Part shown: positions 26,600 to 36,055 of the stretch, piece by piece
Layout: each line of letters opens with the position of its first letter
Numbering within the stretch: position 1 is the stretch's first letter
NCBI GenBank assembly: GCA_964640225.1
Contig: CAZXFI010000002.1
Coordinates: 1 to 57,198 of the forward strand
Direction of reading: 5' to 3'
DNA length: 57,198 bases
DNA from: an uncultured archaeon
GTDB lineage: Archaea > Aenigmatarchaeota > Aenigmatarchaeia > PWEA01 > JAGHBM01
Translations under genes and position numbers: made by a program
Notes under the pieces: model-generated
What the model was told of the DNA's origin: nothing
What the model saw: the letters and a program-made list of their open reading frames with translations, nothing else
Databases searched by the model: none

Positions 26600-27012
26600 G
26601 CAGGCTGAAGGAAAGCATAACCAAATCGGCCATGGCTCTGTGGAACGTAACGCCCGTGCTGGCCGGAGTTGTTTTGCTTGTCGGCCTGGCCAACACCCTA
26701 ATTCCCAAATCCGCTTACTCATCGGTTTTCACCGGAAGTTTTTTGGACCCTGTAATAGGGGGAGCGCTGGGCAGCATTCTTGCCGGGAATCCGGCCACCA
26801 GTTACGTGCTGGGTGGGGAGTTCCTGGTACAGGGAGTCAGCCTTGTTGCTGTCACAGCCTTTCTGGTGGCTTGGGTGACCGTGGGCCTGGTTCAGCTGCC
26901 CGCAGAGTCAATAATCCTGGGAAGGAAGTTCGCCCTGACAAGAAACTTGCTAAGCTTCATTTTTTCCATAATGGTGGCCTTAACAACGGTCTTTTTGATG
27001 GGGTTTATATGA
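26596..27012 (+). CDS. Predicted permease subunit (DUF318/ArsP-like half)
   Basis: Hydrophobic ORF with GNPATSYVLGGE and TVGLVQLPAE. ATGA-coupled. Confidence 0.7.
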   Translation: MSRLKESITKSAMALWNVTPVLAGVVLLVGLANTLIPKSAYSSVFTGSFLDPVIGGALGSILAGNPATSYVLGGEFLVQGVSLVAVTAFLVAWVTVGLVQLPAESIILGRKFALTRNLLSFIFSIMVALTTVFLMGFI

Positions 27013-27518
27013 AGAAAAACAAAATTCCTGCTGCATGGTATTTTCTCGCAGTTGTTACTATTTTTTATATTTCTGTGTGGATTACTACACCGGGAGCGGT
27101 TCCTGTTGCCCTGGATTTCAGTCTGGGAATATTCTGGGGCATAATTCCTGTGTTCATATTCGTATTCCTTTTCATGATTCTTCTAAACCTTTACATAAAA
27201 CCCAAGTCCGTGGCCAGGCATCTGGGACAGGCATCCGGCTTCAAAAAATGGTTCTTTGCCGTGGTTGGAGGCATAATTTCCAGCGGGCCTGCATATATGT
27301 GGTATCCGGTGCTCAAGGAACTGAAGAAAAAGGGAGTAAATTACGGATTCATTGCCACCTTCCTCTACAACCGGGCCATCAAGCTGCCTTTAATCCCACT
27401 TGTAATATTTTATTTCGGACTCAAGTTTACCATAATACTAACCGTAATTATGATTTTATTTTCCGTTTTTCAGGGCGTTGTTATTGAAAAAATAATGGAA
27501 TTAAAGGATGAAAATTAA
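27009..27518 (+). CDS. Predicted permease subunit (second half)
   Basis: ATG at 27009. GGIISSGPAYMWYP and NRAIKLPL motifs. Confidence 0.7.
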   Translation: MKKNKIPAAWYFLAVVTIFYISVWITTPGAVPVALDFSLGIFWGIIPVFIFVFLFMILLNLYIKPKSVARHLGQASGFKKWFFAVVGGIISSGPAYMWYPVLKELKKKGVNYGFIATFLYNRAIKLPLIPLVIFYFGLKFTIILTVIMILFSVFQGVVIEKIMELKDEN

Positions 27519-27545
27519 GGTTTATAAAAAAGAGGTGATGTTCAA

Positions 27546-28313
27546 ATGAAAATAGCAGTAAGCTCAAAAGGAAAGGAAATTGACAGCGGGTTAGACCCGA
27601 GATTCGGCAGATGCGCCTATTTCCTGGTCTTGGACAAGGACACCCTGGATTTTGAGGTTGTACCAAATGAAAGCGCGAACGCTTTTGGAGGGGCAGGAAT
27701 ACAGGCAGCTCAAAACCTGGCAAAAACAGGCGCCAAAGTTGTTCTTACCGGAAACATAGGTCCCAACGCCTTTCAGACACTAAAGGCGGGCGGAATAAAA
27801 GTCATTACAGGAATGGGAGGCACGGTAAGGGAGGCTGTTGAAAAATACAAAAAAGCGGGAGCAGAAGAGACGAAAGCGCCAACCGTGGGCAGCCACTTTG
27901 GGGCCAAGGGAAATGCAGAAAACCCGGGCAAAAAAAAATCACGGAAAGTCTGCATACCCACGGAAGGTGAAGGAGGATTGGAGGGCTTGGTTGGCGAGCA
28001 TTTCGGTAGGGTACCAACCTATACGATAGTGGACCTTGATACTAACGAAACAAAGGCTGTTCCTAACGTAAGCCACCATGCGGGCGGTCAAGGCTATCCC
28101 CCGGAAATTATGAAAAGAGAGGGAGTGAGTGTTATGTTATGCAAAGGGATAGGCATGCGGGCAATAGGAATGTTTGAGGAATTGGGAATAGAAGTATACA
28201 CAGGCGCAAAAGGAACTGTAAGCGATACGATTGAATCTTTCAAAAAAAGACTTTTGAAAAAAGCCGGCCGGGATGATGCGTGCATCAAACACGAATTCAG
28301 GGGCCTGGATTAA
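27546..28313 (+). CDS. Tandem NifB/NifX (IssA-like) Fe-Mo/Fe-S cluster-binding protein
   Basis: Two domains: PRFGRCAYF...GAGIQAA...GNIGPNA and HFGRVPTY...GIGMRA. Confidence 0.88.
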   Translation: MKIAVSSKGKEIDSGLDPRFGRCAYFLVLDKDTLDFEVVPNESANAFGGAGIQAAQNLAKTGAKVVLTGNIGPNAFQTLKAGGIKVITGMGGTVREAVEKYKKAGAEETKAPTVGSHFGAKGNAENPGKKKSRKVCIPTEGEGGLEGLVGEHFGRVPTYTIVDLDTNETKAVPNVSHHAGGQGYPPEIMKREGVSVMLCKGIGMRAIGMFEELGIEVYTGAKGTVSDTIESFKKRLLKKAGRDDACIKHEFRGLD

Positions 28314-28334
28314 AGATAAAAGAATGGTGATAAA

Positions 28335-29165
28335 ATGATTGTTTCAGTTGCAAGCGGGAAAGGAGGAACGGGAAAGACACTGATTGCAACTAACCTGGCC
28401 CTGAGTTTGAACAATTCACAGCTAATAGACTGCGACGTTGAAGAGCCAAACTCCAACATATTCGTAAAAGCGAAAATGGAAGAGATTGAGGAAGTAAAAA
28501 CAAGCGTCCCGGAAATAGACAAGGAAAAATGTGATTTTTGCGGAAAGTGCGCAGATTTCTGCGCATACAATGCCCTTGCTGTAGTTCCAAATGACATTCT
28601 TGTCTTTCCCGGGCTGTGCCACTCCTGCGGGGGCTGCGAGCTTGTCTGCCCGAAAGGCGCGATAAGCTGGAAAAAAAGGACCGTGGGAAAAATTGAGCAC
28701 GGTTTTTCAAAAGGTTTGGATTTCTATCAGGGAGTATTGAATGTGGGAGAAAACATGACAATCCCCGTAATAAAGGCCCTGAAAAGAAAAATTGACAAAA
28801 ACAAGGATGTTATTCTGGATTCCCCTCCGGGAACTTCCTGCCCTGTCATAGAAGCGGTTTCCGGCTCGGATTTTTGCATACTGGTGACCGAACCCACGCC
28901 CTTCGGACTTTACGACCTTAAGCTGGCCGTGGAGGTAGTGAGGCACCTTAAAATACCTTTCGGAGTGATTATCAACCGCGAGGGAATCGGGGATGAGGGA
29001 GTGGAATCGTACTGCAGGGAAGAGGGAATAGAGGTTCTTATGAAAATACCACAAAGCAAGGAAATTGCAGAGCTCTATTCCAGGGGGATTCCTTTCATGG
29101 ATGAAATGACGGAATGGAAAGACAAGTTTGTCAAAATTTTCAAAAGATTAGGGAAAGAGTTATGA
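28335..29165 (+). CDS. MinD/Mrp-like P-loop ATPase with inserted 2x[4Fe-4S] ferredoxin
   Basis: SGKGGTGKT, DCDVEEPN, CDFCGKCADFC, CHSCGGCELVCP, DSPPGTSCP. Confidence 0.9.
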   Translation: MIVSVASGKGGTGKTLIATNLALSLNNSQLIDCDVEEPNSNIFVKAKMEEIEEVKTSVPEIDKEKCDFCGKCADFCAYNALAVVPNDILVFPGLCHSCGGCELVCPKGAISWKKRTVGKIEHGFSKGLDFYQGVLNVGENMTIPVIKALKRKIDKNKDVILDSPPGTSCPVIEAVSGSDFCILVTEPTPFGLYDLKLAVEVVRHLKIPFGVIINREGIGDEGVESYCREEGIEVLMKIPQSKEIAELYSRGIPFMDEMTEWKDKFVKIFKRLGKEL

Positions 29166-30031
29166 AACAGCTTACAGTAATCAGCGGAAAAGGAGGCACG
29201 GGCAAGACCTCCGTTACGGCGGCCTTCGCCTCTCTCGCAAAAAATTCAGTTTTTTCAGACTGCGATGTGGATGCCGCCGACTTGCATCTTATACTTAAGC
29301 CCAAAATCAAAAAAACCATTGATTTTCACGGGCTGAAGATACCAGAAATAGACAAAGGAAAATGCATTCTTTGCGGCAAATGCCGTGAATATTGCAAGTT
29401 TGACGCAATTAGCGAGAAGATAGAAATAAAAAAAGACGCGTGCGAGGGCTGCGGGGTTTGCAAACACGTCTGTCCGGTCGGAGCGATTCAAATGGTGGAA
29501 AGGAATTCAGGCCACGCTTACATTTCCGACACGCGTTTTGGTCCCATGTCACACGCCAAACTGAACACGGCCGAAGAGGCATCAGGCAAGCTGGTCACGC
29601 TGGTCAGGGAAAATGCAAAAACCCTTGCAGAAGAAAAGGATTTGATTGTCATAGACGGCCCTCCTGGAATAGGATGCCCTGTTATAGCTTCAATAACCGG
29701 CGCGGACCTTTTGCTGGTCGTGACAGAACCCACTATTTCCGCAATTCATGATTTGGAAAGAATAATCGGGGTTGCAAAACATTTCGGCATTCCCGCGGTG
29801 GTTTGCATAAACAAGCACGATATAAACCCGGAGAACACGAAGAAAATAGAGATTTATTGCCGAAAAAACAAATTGGAAATCGTAGGAAAGCTTCCGTACG
29901 ACACAATCGTAACGGAGGCCATGATTCAGGGAAAAAACGTGATTGAATTTTCAAACGGGAATTTTTCAGATAAGGTCAGGGTCATGTGGGAGAAAATAGA
30001 AAATCTGCTGGGGGGCGAGAAAAATGCCTAG
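29162..30031 (+). CDS. Second MinD/Mrp-like P-loop ATPase with 2x[4Fe-4S] ferredoxin
   Basis: ATG at 29162. SGKGGTGKT, DCDVDAAD, CILCGKCREYC, CEGCGVCKHVCP, DGPPGIGCP. Confidence 0.9.
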   Translation: MKQLTVISGKGGTGKTSVTAAFASLAKNSVFSDCDVDAADLHLILKPKIKKTIDFHGLKIPEIDKGKCILCGKCREYCKFDAISEKIEIKKDACEGCGVCKHVCPVGAIQMVERNSGHAYISDTRFGPMSHAKLNTAEEASGKLVTLVRENAKTLAEEKDLIVIDGPPGIGCPVIASITGADLLLVVTEPTISAIHDLERIIGVAKHFGIPAVVCINKHDINPENTKKIEIYCRKNKLEIVGKLPYDTIVTEAMIQGKNVIEFSNGNFSDKVRVMWEKIENLLGGEKNA

Positions 30032-30458
30032 GCCCAGGAGGTGCAGGAAAATAGGCTTTATGCCCGGCTTCACCCAGTTCGGCCCGAGCGGCATAGCAAA
30101 ACCCGAAGTTTCTGTGCTGACAATGGGAGAGTTTGAGTCAATAAGACTCAAAGACCACGAGGGAATGGACCAGTCCAAGGCGGCCAAAAAGATGAACGTC
30201 TCGCAGCCCACGTTCAACCGCATACTCAAGTCGGCCAGAAAGAAAATCGCGGATGCTCTGGTTTCAGGCAAACTTATAAAAATAGAAGGGGGTGAATACA
30301 AGATGGTTATGCCCAGGGGAAGAATGGGCGGTTTCGGCGCAGGCCCTTCCGGGGATTGCTTGTGCCCGAAGTGCGGTTTCAGGAGCGCCCACCAGAGAGG
30401 CGTTCCCTGCTACAACCAGAAATGCCCGAAGTGCGGCAGCGTGATGACGCGCGGGTAG
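30024..30458 (+). CDS. DUF134 HTH protein fused to a C-terminal Cys4 zinc-ribbon-like domain
   Basis: MPRPRRCRKI, EFESIRLKD...QSKAAKKMNVSQPTF. C-terminal CPKC-x-C-x-CPKC. Confidence 0.88.
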   Translation: MPRPRRCRKIGFMPGFTQFGPSGIAKPEVSVLTMGEFESIRLKDHEGMDQSKAAKKMNVSQPTFNRILKSARKKIADALVSGKLIKIEGGEYKMVMPRGRMGGFGAGPSGDCLCPKCGFRSAHQRGVPCYNQKCPKCGSVMTRG

Positions 30459-30492
30459 AGAAGTACAAAAGTATAAATAAGGAGGTGAAAAC

Positions 30493-30699
30493 ATGCCAGG
30501 CGGAGACAGGACAGGCCCTGAAGGAAGAGGTTCCAAGACAGGAAGGGCCCTTGGTTACTGCACGGGAAACGACGAGCCGGGTTATGCCAGCAACCTTCCC
30601 GGGATGGGAATGGGCAGAGGCCCGAGGAACGGAGACGGTCCCGGACGCGGAAGAGGGTTCGGCCCCGGAAGAGGCCGGGGAAGAGGATACAGAAGGTAG
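30493..30699 (+). CDS. DUF5320-family protein (second copy)
   Basis: MPGGDRTGPEGRGSKTGRALGYCTG and an RG-rich tail. GGAGGTG RBS. Confidence 0.82.
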   Translation: MPGGDRTGPEGRGSKTGRALGYCTGNDEPGYASNLPGMGMGRGPRNGDGPGRGRGFGPGRGRGRGYRR

Positions 30700-30722
30700 A
30701 ATTTTTGACAGAGGAACTTTGA

Positions 30723-31130
30723 ATGGAAAGAGAAGAATTGGTAAGGCAATTTCTGGACAAAAGTAATATTTTTGCGGTTGTCGGAGCCTCTAAAAATCCG
30801 GAAAAATACGGGCATAAAGTTTACAAGGACCTGAAGGAATCGGGCTACCGTGTTTACCCGATAAACCCCAACACGGACAAAGTCCTCGGGGAAAGGTGCT
30901 ACCCCTCCCTGAAAGACTTGCCCGAAAAGCCCGATGTAGTTGATATGGTGGTAAAGCCAGAGGTAACGGAAAAAATAGCAAAGGAATGCAAAAGCTTGGG
31001 AATAAACAAAGTCTGGTTTCAGCCAGGGTCGGAATCCCGGAAAGCCATAGAATTTTGCAAGGAAAACGGAATCCGGGTTCTGCACGGGATATGCGTGATA
31101 GTCAAAAGGGCAGAGTCGGAGAAGAAGTGA
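30723..31130 (+). CDS. CoA-binding protein (YccU-like)
   Basis: AVVGASKNPEKYG, VYPINP, VWFQPG. Confidence 0.88.
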   Translation: MEREELVRQFLDKSNIFAVVGASKNPEKYGHKVYKDLKESGYRVYPINPNTDKVLGERCYPSLKDLPEKPDVVDMVVKPEVTEKIAKECKSLGINKVWFQPGSESRKAIEFCKENGIRVLHGICVIVKRAESEKK

Positions 31131-31322
31131 AAAATTCACCACCATTTAAGTATTATATTTTACCGCATACATGTCTTTATAAAGTATTTTAACTAGTTTT
31201 TCAACAGAGCTACAGTACCGCATTCAGTGATTTACATGATGGAAATTTTCTTGAGTTTTGGAATATGTTTTAATTTCCTTTAGTCTTTAGAATTATTTCT
31301 GTAGCCATATAAGGTATTTGAA

Positions 31323-33416
31323 ATGTTCGTTGGAATAAAAAAGCGTAACGGAAAAGTCGTTAAGTTTAATCCAAATAAGATTACCGATGCAATAGCCAAA
31401 GCAGGTGAATCCACAGGAGAATTTGACAGAGGAGTTGCCGAAAAATTAGCCTTAAGAGTTCTTAGTATGTCTCAGCAGATTTTTCAGGACAAGATGCCTA
31501 CCGTGGAGGAAATACAGGACATTGTGGAAGAAGTTCTTCTATCTTCCACATACAGAAAAACAGCAAAGGCCTACATAATCTACAGGGAACAACACGCCAA
31601 GATGAGGGAGATTTCCGAAAATGCAAGCGTTGACCTGGTAAACCAGTACCTGAAAAAAGTGGACTGGCAGGTGAACGAGAACAGCAACATGACTTTCTCG
31701 TTGCAGGGGCTTAACAACTACGTTTCATCAGAGATAAGCAAGATATACTGGCTTAACGAGATTTACCCTCCGGAAGTAAGGGAAGCCGCTAAAAACGAAG
31801 ATTTTCACATACATGATTTAAATCTCTTGGCAGTTTACTGCGTGGGATGGGACCTTTACGATCTGCTGACCCAGGGATTCAGGGGGGTGGACGGCAAGAT
31901 AGAGAGCAGGCCCGCAAAGCACTTCAGGAGCGCACTAGGGCAGGTTGTAAATTTTTTCTACACACTCCAGGGAGAGGCGGCCGGGGCTCAGGCCTTTTCC
32001 AACTTTGATACGTTGCTGGCCCCGTTCATAAGGTACGACAACCTTAACTATACTCAGGTAAAGCAGGCCCTTCAGGAGTTTCTTTTCAACATAAACGTTC
32101 CCACTAGGGTGGGATTCCAGACTCCCTTCACCAACGTAACCTTGGACCTGAATCCTCCGAGTTACTACAGAGATCAGGGGGTCATCGTAGGCGGGGAACA
32201 AAAGAAAGAGACCTACGGGGATTTCCAGAAAGAAATGGACATGTTCAACAAAGCTTTTTTTGAAGTGATGACAGAGGGCGACGCCAAGGGAAGAGTGTTC
32301 ACCTTTCCCATACCCACATATAATATAACAAAGGACTTTGACTGGGAAAACGAGAATTTGGAGGGCCTGTGGAGCATGTCCGCTAAATACGGGATACCTT
32401 ACTTTTCCAACTTCGTAAATTCTGACATGAAACCTGAAGATGCCCGTTCCATGTGCTGCCGGCTGCGCCTGGATAAACGCGAACTTGAAAAGAGGGGAGG
32501 CGGGCTTTTCGGCTCAAGCCCGCTCACCGGATCCGTGGGCGTGGTAACCATAAACATGCCCAGGCTGGGTATTTTATCCAAAGGTGAAGAGGAATTTATA
32601 GAAAACTTGGATAAACTTATGGTAAAGGCCAAGGAAAGTCTGGAAATAAAAAGAAAAATTCTGGAGAAATTCACTGAAAAAAATCTCTATCCTTACTCAA
32701 AATTTTACCTGAGAAACATGAAAGAGAGGTTCGGGGAGTACTGGAAAAATCATTTCTCCACCATAGGGCTTATAGGCATGAACGAGGCATGTCTTAACCT
32801 TATAGGGGAAGACATAGGGAGCGATAAAGGAAAGAAATTCTCGCTGAAAGTTTTGGATTTTATGAGAAAAAGGCTGATTGATTTTCAGAAGGAAACCGGC
32901 AACAACTACAATCTGGAGGCAACCCCCGCGGAGGGAACTTCTTATAGGCAGGCAAAGCTGGACAAAAAAATTCACCCCAATATAAAATGCGCGAACGAAG
33001 AAGAATACAAAGAAGGTGCAGAGCCCTATTATACCAACTCCACACAGCTTCCCGTGAACTACACGGACGATGTGTTTGAGGCGCTTGACCTTCAGGACGA
33101 GCTTCAGTCCAGATATACAGGGGGAACAGTCCTTCACATATTTGCCGGCGAAAGAATAAGGGACTCCGAAGCTTTAAAGGATTTGGTGAAAAAAATTTGC
33201 CAAAATTATCACCTACCCTACTTTACCTTCACCCCGACGTTCAGTATTTGCCCGACACACGGATATCTGGAAGGCGAAAAAAAGACATGTCCAAATTGCG
33301 GGGAAAATTGCGAGATATACTCAAGGGTAGTGGGCTACCTGCGTCCGGTCAAGCAGTGGAACAAGGGCAAGCAGGAGGAGTTCAGGGAAAGGAAAAATTT
33401 CAAGGCGAAAAAATGA
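31323..33416 (+). CDS. nrdD: Class III (anaerobic) ribonucleoside-triphosphate reductase with N-terminal ATP cone
   Basis: IKKRNG ATP cone, MCCRL finger loop, EATPAEG, CPTH...CPNC zinc site, glycyl-radical loop SRVVGYLRP. Confidence 0.95.
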   Translation: MFVGIKKRNGKVVKFNPNKITDAIAKAGESTGEFDRGVAEKLALRVLSMSQQIFQDKMPTVEEIQDIVEEVLLSSTYRKTAKAYIIYREQHAKMREISENASVDLVNQYLKKVDWQVNENSNMTFSLQGLNNYVSSEISKIYWLNEIYPPEVREAAKNEDFHIHDLNLLAVYCVGWDLYDLLTQGFRGVDGKIESRPAKHFRSALGQVVNFFYTLQGEAAGAQAFSNFDTLLAPFIRYDNLNYTQVKQALQEFLFNINVPTRVGFQTPFTNVTLDLNPPSYYRDQGVIVGGEQKKETYGDFQKEMDMFNKAFFEVMTEGDAKGRVFTFPIPTYNITKDFDWENENLEGLWSMSAKYGIPYFSNFVNSDMKPEDARSMCCRLRLDKRELEKRGGGLFGSSPLTGSVGVVTINMPRLGILSKGEEEFIENLDKLMVKAKESLEIKRKILEKFTEKNLYPYSKFYLRNMKERFGEYWKNHFSTIGLIGMNEACLNLIGEDIGSDKGKKFSLKVLDFMRKRLIDFQKETGNNYNLEATPAEGTSYRQAKLDKKIHPNIKCANEEEYKEGAEPYYTNSTQLPVNYTDDVFEALDLQDELQSRYTGGTVLHIFAGERIRDSEALKDLVKKICQNYHLPYFTFTPTFSICPTHGYLEGEKKTCPNCGENCEIYSRVVGYLRPVKQWNKGKQEEFRERKNFKAKK

Positions 33417-34102
33417 GGATAGGCGGTTTCCAGAGATTTTCTCTGATAGATTATCCCGGAAAAATATGCGCAATAGTTTTCGCCCAGGGTTGCAACTTCA
33501 GTTGCCCTTACTGCCATAATCCGGAACTTGTAAACCCGGAAATTTTTTCTCCTACAATTTCCGAGAAAGACGTTTTTTCTTTTCTCAAAGAAAGGAAAGG
33601 CAAACTGGATGCCGTTTCCATAACCGGCGGCGAGCCGACTCTACAGAAAGACCTAACGGGATTCATAAATAAAATAAAAAAAATGGGATTTTTGGTGAAG
33701 ATGGATTCCAATGGAACCAACCCCGATATTGTTGAAAATATAATCAGCAGAGGAATTGTGGATTATCTGGCCATGGACGTAAAGGCTCCGCTAGAAAAGT
33801 ACGAAGATGTTGCAAGAGTTAAGGTAGACACAGAAAAAATAAAAAGAAGCATAGAGTTGATAAAGAAATCCGGAATTGAACACGAGTTTCGCACAACAGT
33901 CGTAAAGTCCCAATTATCGGAAAAAGACATTACCGGCATATTAAAATTGATAAAAGGCGCAAATCTTTACATAATCCAGAAATTTGTTCCTTCCAAGACA
34001 CTTGACTCAGCCTTTGCCGAAGAAGAGACATATACTGATGAAGAGTTCAGGTATTTAAAAAATAAGGCAGAAAAATACGTGAGAGAGTGTGAGTTAAGAT
34101 GA
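33413..34102 (+). CDS. nrdG: Anaerobic RNR activating radical SAM enzyme
   Basis: ATGA overlap with nrdD. SLIDYPG, GCNFSCPYCHN, ITGGEPT. Confidence 0.93.
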   Translation: MRIGGFQRFSLIDYPGKICAIVFAQGCNFSCPYCHNPELVNPEIFSPTISEKDVFSFLKERKGKLDAVSITGGEPTLQKDLTGFINKIKKMGFLVKMDSNGTNPDIVENIISRGIVDYLAMDVKAPLEKYEDVARVKVDTEKIKRSIELIKKSGIEHEFRTTVVKSQLSEKDITGILKLIKGANLYIIQKFVPSKTLDSAFAEEETYTDEEFRYLKNKAEKYVRECELR

Positions 34103-34671
34103 ACAAAGAGGAAAAAATGAAGATTTTGGAAAAGGAAGTGAAAAAGTGCCAAAGGTGCTCCCTGCACGAAACCAGGAACAATCCCGTGCCCGGGGAAGGC
34201 TTTCTGGACGCAAAAATCATGTTCATCGGCGAAGGTCCGGGTTACTGGGAAGACAAAGAAGGAAAGCCTTTTGTGGGAAAGGCAGGCAGGGTTCTGGACG
34301 AGCTTCTCGGCTCAGCAGGACTCTCCAGGGAAAAAATTTACATAACCAACGTACTGAAATGCAGGCCTCCGGAAAACAGAGACCCTACCGGAGAGGAGGT
34401 GAAAGCCTGCACTTCCTATCTTGACAGGCAGATTGAGATAATTCAGCCAAAAATAATAGCGGCCCTGGGAAGGTTCGCCACCTCTTACATATTCGGCAAA
34501 TTCGGCCTGGAGGAAAGGAAGATAAGCGCTGTGCACGGGGAAGTTTTCAAAGTCAGCACGGTTGCCGGACAGATTAAAATAATCCCTCTTCTTCACCCGG
34601 CAGTGGCCACCTACAATCCCGGCAGGATTGAGGAGCTTAAAAGGGACTTTGAAAAGTTGAAAGAGATTTAA
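34099..34671 (+). CDS. udg: Family 4 uracil-DNA glycosylase ([4Fe-4S])
   Basis: CQRCSL, GEGPG, GKPFVG, KCRPPENR, HPA. Confidence 0.93.
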   Translation: MNKEEKMKILEKEVKKCQRCSLHETRNNPVPGEGFLDAKIMFIGEGPGYWEDKEGKPFVGKAGRVLDELLGSAGLSREKIYITNVLKCRPPENRDPTGEEVKACTSYLDRQIEIIQPKIIAALGRFATSYIFGKFGLEERKISAVHGEVFKVSTVAGQIKIIPLLHPAVATYNPGRIEELKRDFEKLKEI

Positions 34672-35120
34672 AGCAAACTTGAAATTTTTTCTTTCAGTTT
34701 CACTATGTTTATCTTTCCGATTGTTTCCTTTTCTACAAGGCCCCTGCTTTTAAACCTCTTAAGTACGCGGGAAACCTTTACCTTGGAAAGGCCGGATTCT
34801 CTTACGAGTTCGGCCTGGTTTATTTCAGGTTTTTCCAGAATTATTTTGAAAATTTTCCTTTCCTCTCCCTCAAGGAAATCCAGCAGGCTTTTCTTGTCCA
34901 CCTTCCTGTCAAATCTGGGTGAAAGAAGATAGTAAACTATGGTGCCTATGAAAAGCCCGATGGAAGCTATGAAAGGTATGAAAATGGGAATAGGAATAAA
35001 GCAGCCGCAGGCGTTTCCAGACGATATCTCTGTCTGCACATACAGAGAACTTATTGACACTATGAGCACGAAAATGGAAACCAGCAGGATGCCAAAAATA
35101 ATTTTCTTTGATTGCTCCAT
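34668..35120 (-). CDS. Membrane-tethered winged-helix regulator (2 TM + wHTH), paralogue of 711-1259
   Basis: Two TM helices with an ACGC loop, then EERKIFKII...QAELVRESGLSKVKVSRVLKR...GLVEKETIGK. Confidence 0.78.
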   Translation of the reverse strand: MEQSKKIIFGILLVSIFVLIVSISSLYVQTEISSGNACGCFIPIPIFIPFIASIGLFIGTIVYYLLSPRFDRKVDKKSLLDFLEGEERKIFKIILEKPEINQAELVRESGLSKVKVSRVLKRFKSRGLVEKETIGKINIVKLKEKISSLL

Positions 35121-35139
35121 AGTTTCATATTTTGAAACT
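35121..35139. promoter_or_regulatory. Operator-like inverted repeat AGTTTCA-N5-TGAAACT
   Basis: Perfect 7-bp IR immediately upstream of the wHTH start codon, in a 45-bp divergent intergenic region. Confidence 0.6.
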
Positions 35140-35165
35140 TAACTATTTATATAATTTCAGTTATT

Positions 35166-36025
35166 ATGAGACTTATGAGGAAGGCTTTTATTATATTGCT
35201 GTCCGTTTTTTTAGCCTTTTCTCTTTACAGCAATTTAACTCTGGCCCAGGATTCCTGCCTGTATTTCTTTTACGGACAGGGCTGTCCCCACTGCGGGGAA
35301 GTCAAGCCTTTTCTGGAGCAGATTTAGAGCTAGGACCATTCAATTGAGGTAAAGGAATTTGAGGTTTACAACGAAAGGGAAAACGCCCTGCTTCTGCAGG
35401 ATTATTTTGAGGCCTACGGGGTTCCGCAGAATCACAGGGGCGTGCCCGTGGTTTTCATAGGGGACACGCCTATAATAAGAAACATTGAAGCGAAGATAGA
35501 AGAGTTCAGGGAATATCCTTGCCCCAGCCTGCAGGTGGGAAGCGTCAGCGGAGAAATAGGCTCTTCCTCTCCCGCGGAGAAACTGGAATCGCTTTCCCTG
35601 CTGACCGTGGTGGGTGCGGCCTTCGTTGATTCCATAAACCCCTGCGCAATAGCGGTTCTCCTTATCCTAATGGGAGCGCTCCTTGCCTCGGGAGACAGGA
35701 AAAGGGCGCTCAAGGCGGGACTGGGTTTCACTGCTTCCATTTACATAGTCTACTTCCTTTTCGGGCTGGGTTTGTTCTCAGCCATACAGATTTCAGGTCT
35801 TTCCTTCTGGTTCTACAAGTTCATAAGTTTCCTGGCCATACTAATTGGCCTTTTCAACATAAAGGACTATTTCAGCTACGGGGCCGGCGGATTCGTCATT
35901 ACAGGGGCCTGACAAACGTGGAAAAGGCCTCGGAGTGGAAGGAAAGGAACATAAAGAAGCTGCACCTGGTGGCAGGCCTGATAATGCTTATTCTGGGGCT
36001 TTTGGTCATTCTGGGATTTATATGA
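35166..36025 (+). pseudogene. Decayed secreted thioredoxin/glutaredoxin (CPHC) plus CcdA/DsbD-like membrane fusion
   Basis: Signal peptide and GCPHC, in-frame TAG at 35325 and 35331, then DSINPCA. Near 35900 a frameshift and apparent internal deletion join to the C-terminal KERNIKKLHLVAGLIMLILG. Confidence 0.8.
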
Positions 36026-36055
36026 ATTAAAACCAATAATTTTACAGGGTTGCCT

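Noticed and set aside
31131-31322. NrdR boxes upstream of nrdD
   Set aside because: No convincing paired 16-bp NrdR-type palindromes are visible. Only a TATA-like CTTTATAAAG is present.
33197-33412. Long N-terminal extension of NrdG, and similar extensions of ORFs 26640, 29114, 52508, 45112 and 7540
   Set aside because: They overlap upstream genes out of frame. ATGA-coupled or RBS/TATA-supported internal starts fit better.
35325-35333. TAG reassignment or pyrrolysine readthrough
   Set aside because: TAG ends several genes at their natural C-termini (asnS, hel308, DUF134 fusion), no pyl genes are seen, and the same gene also has a frameshift and deletion.
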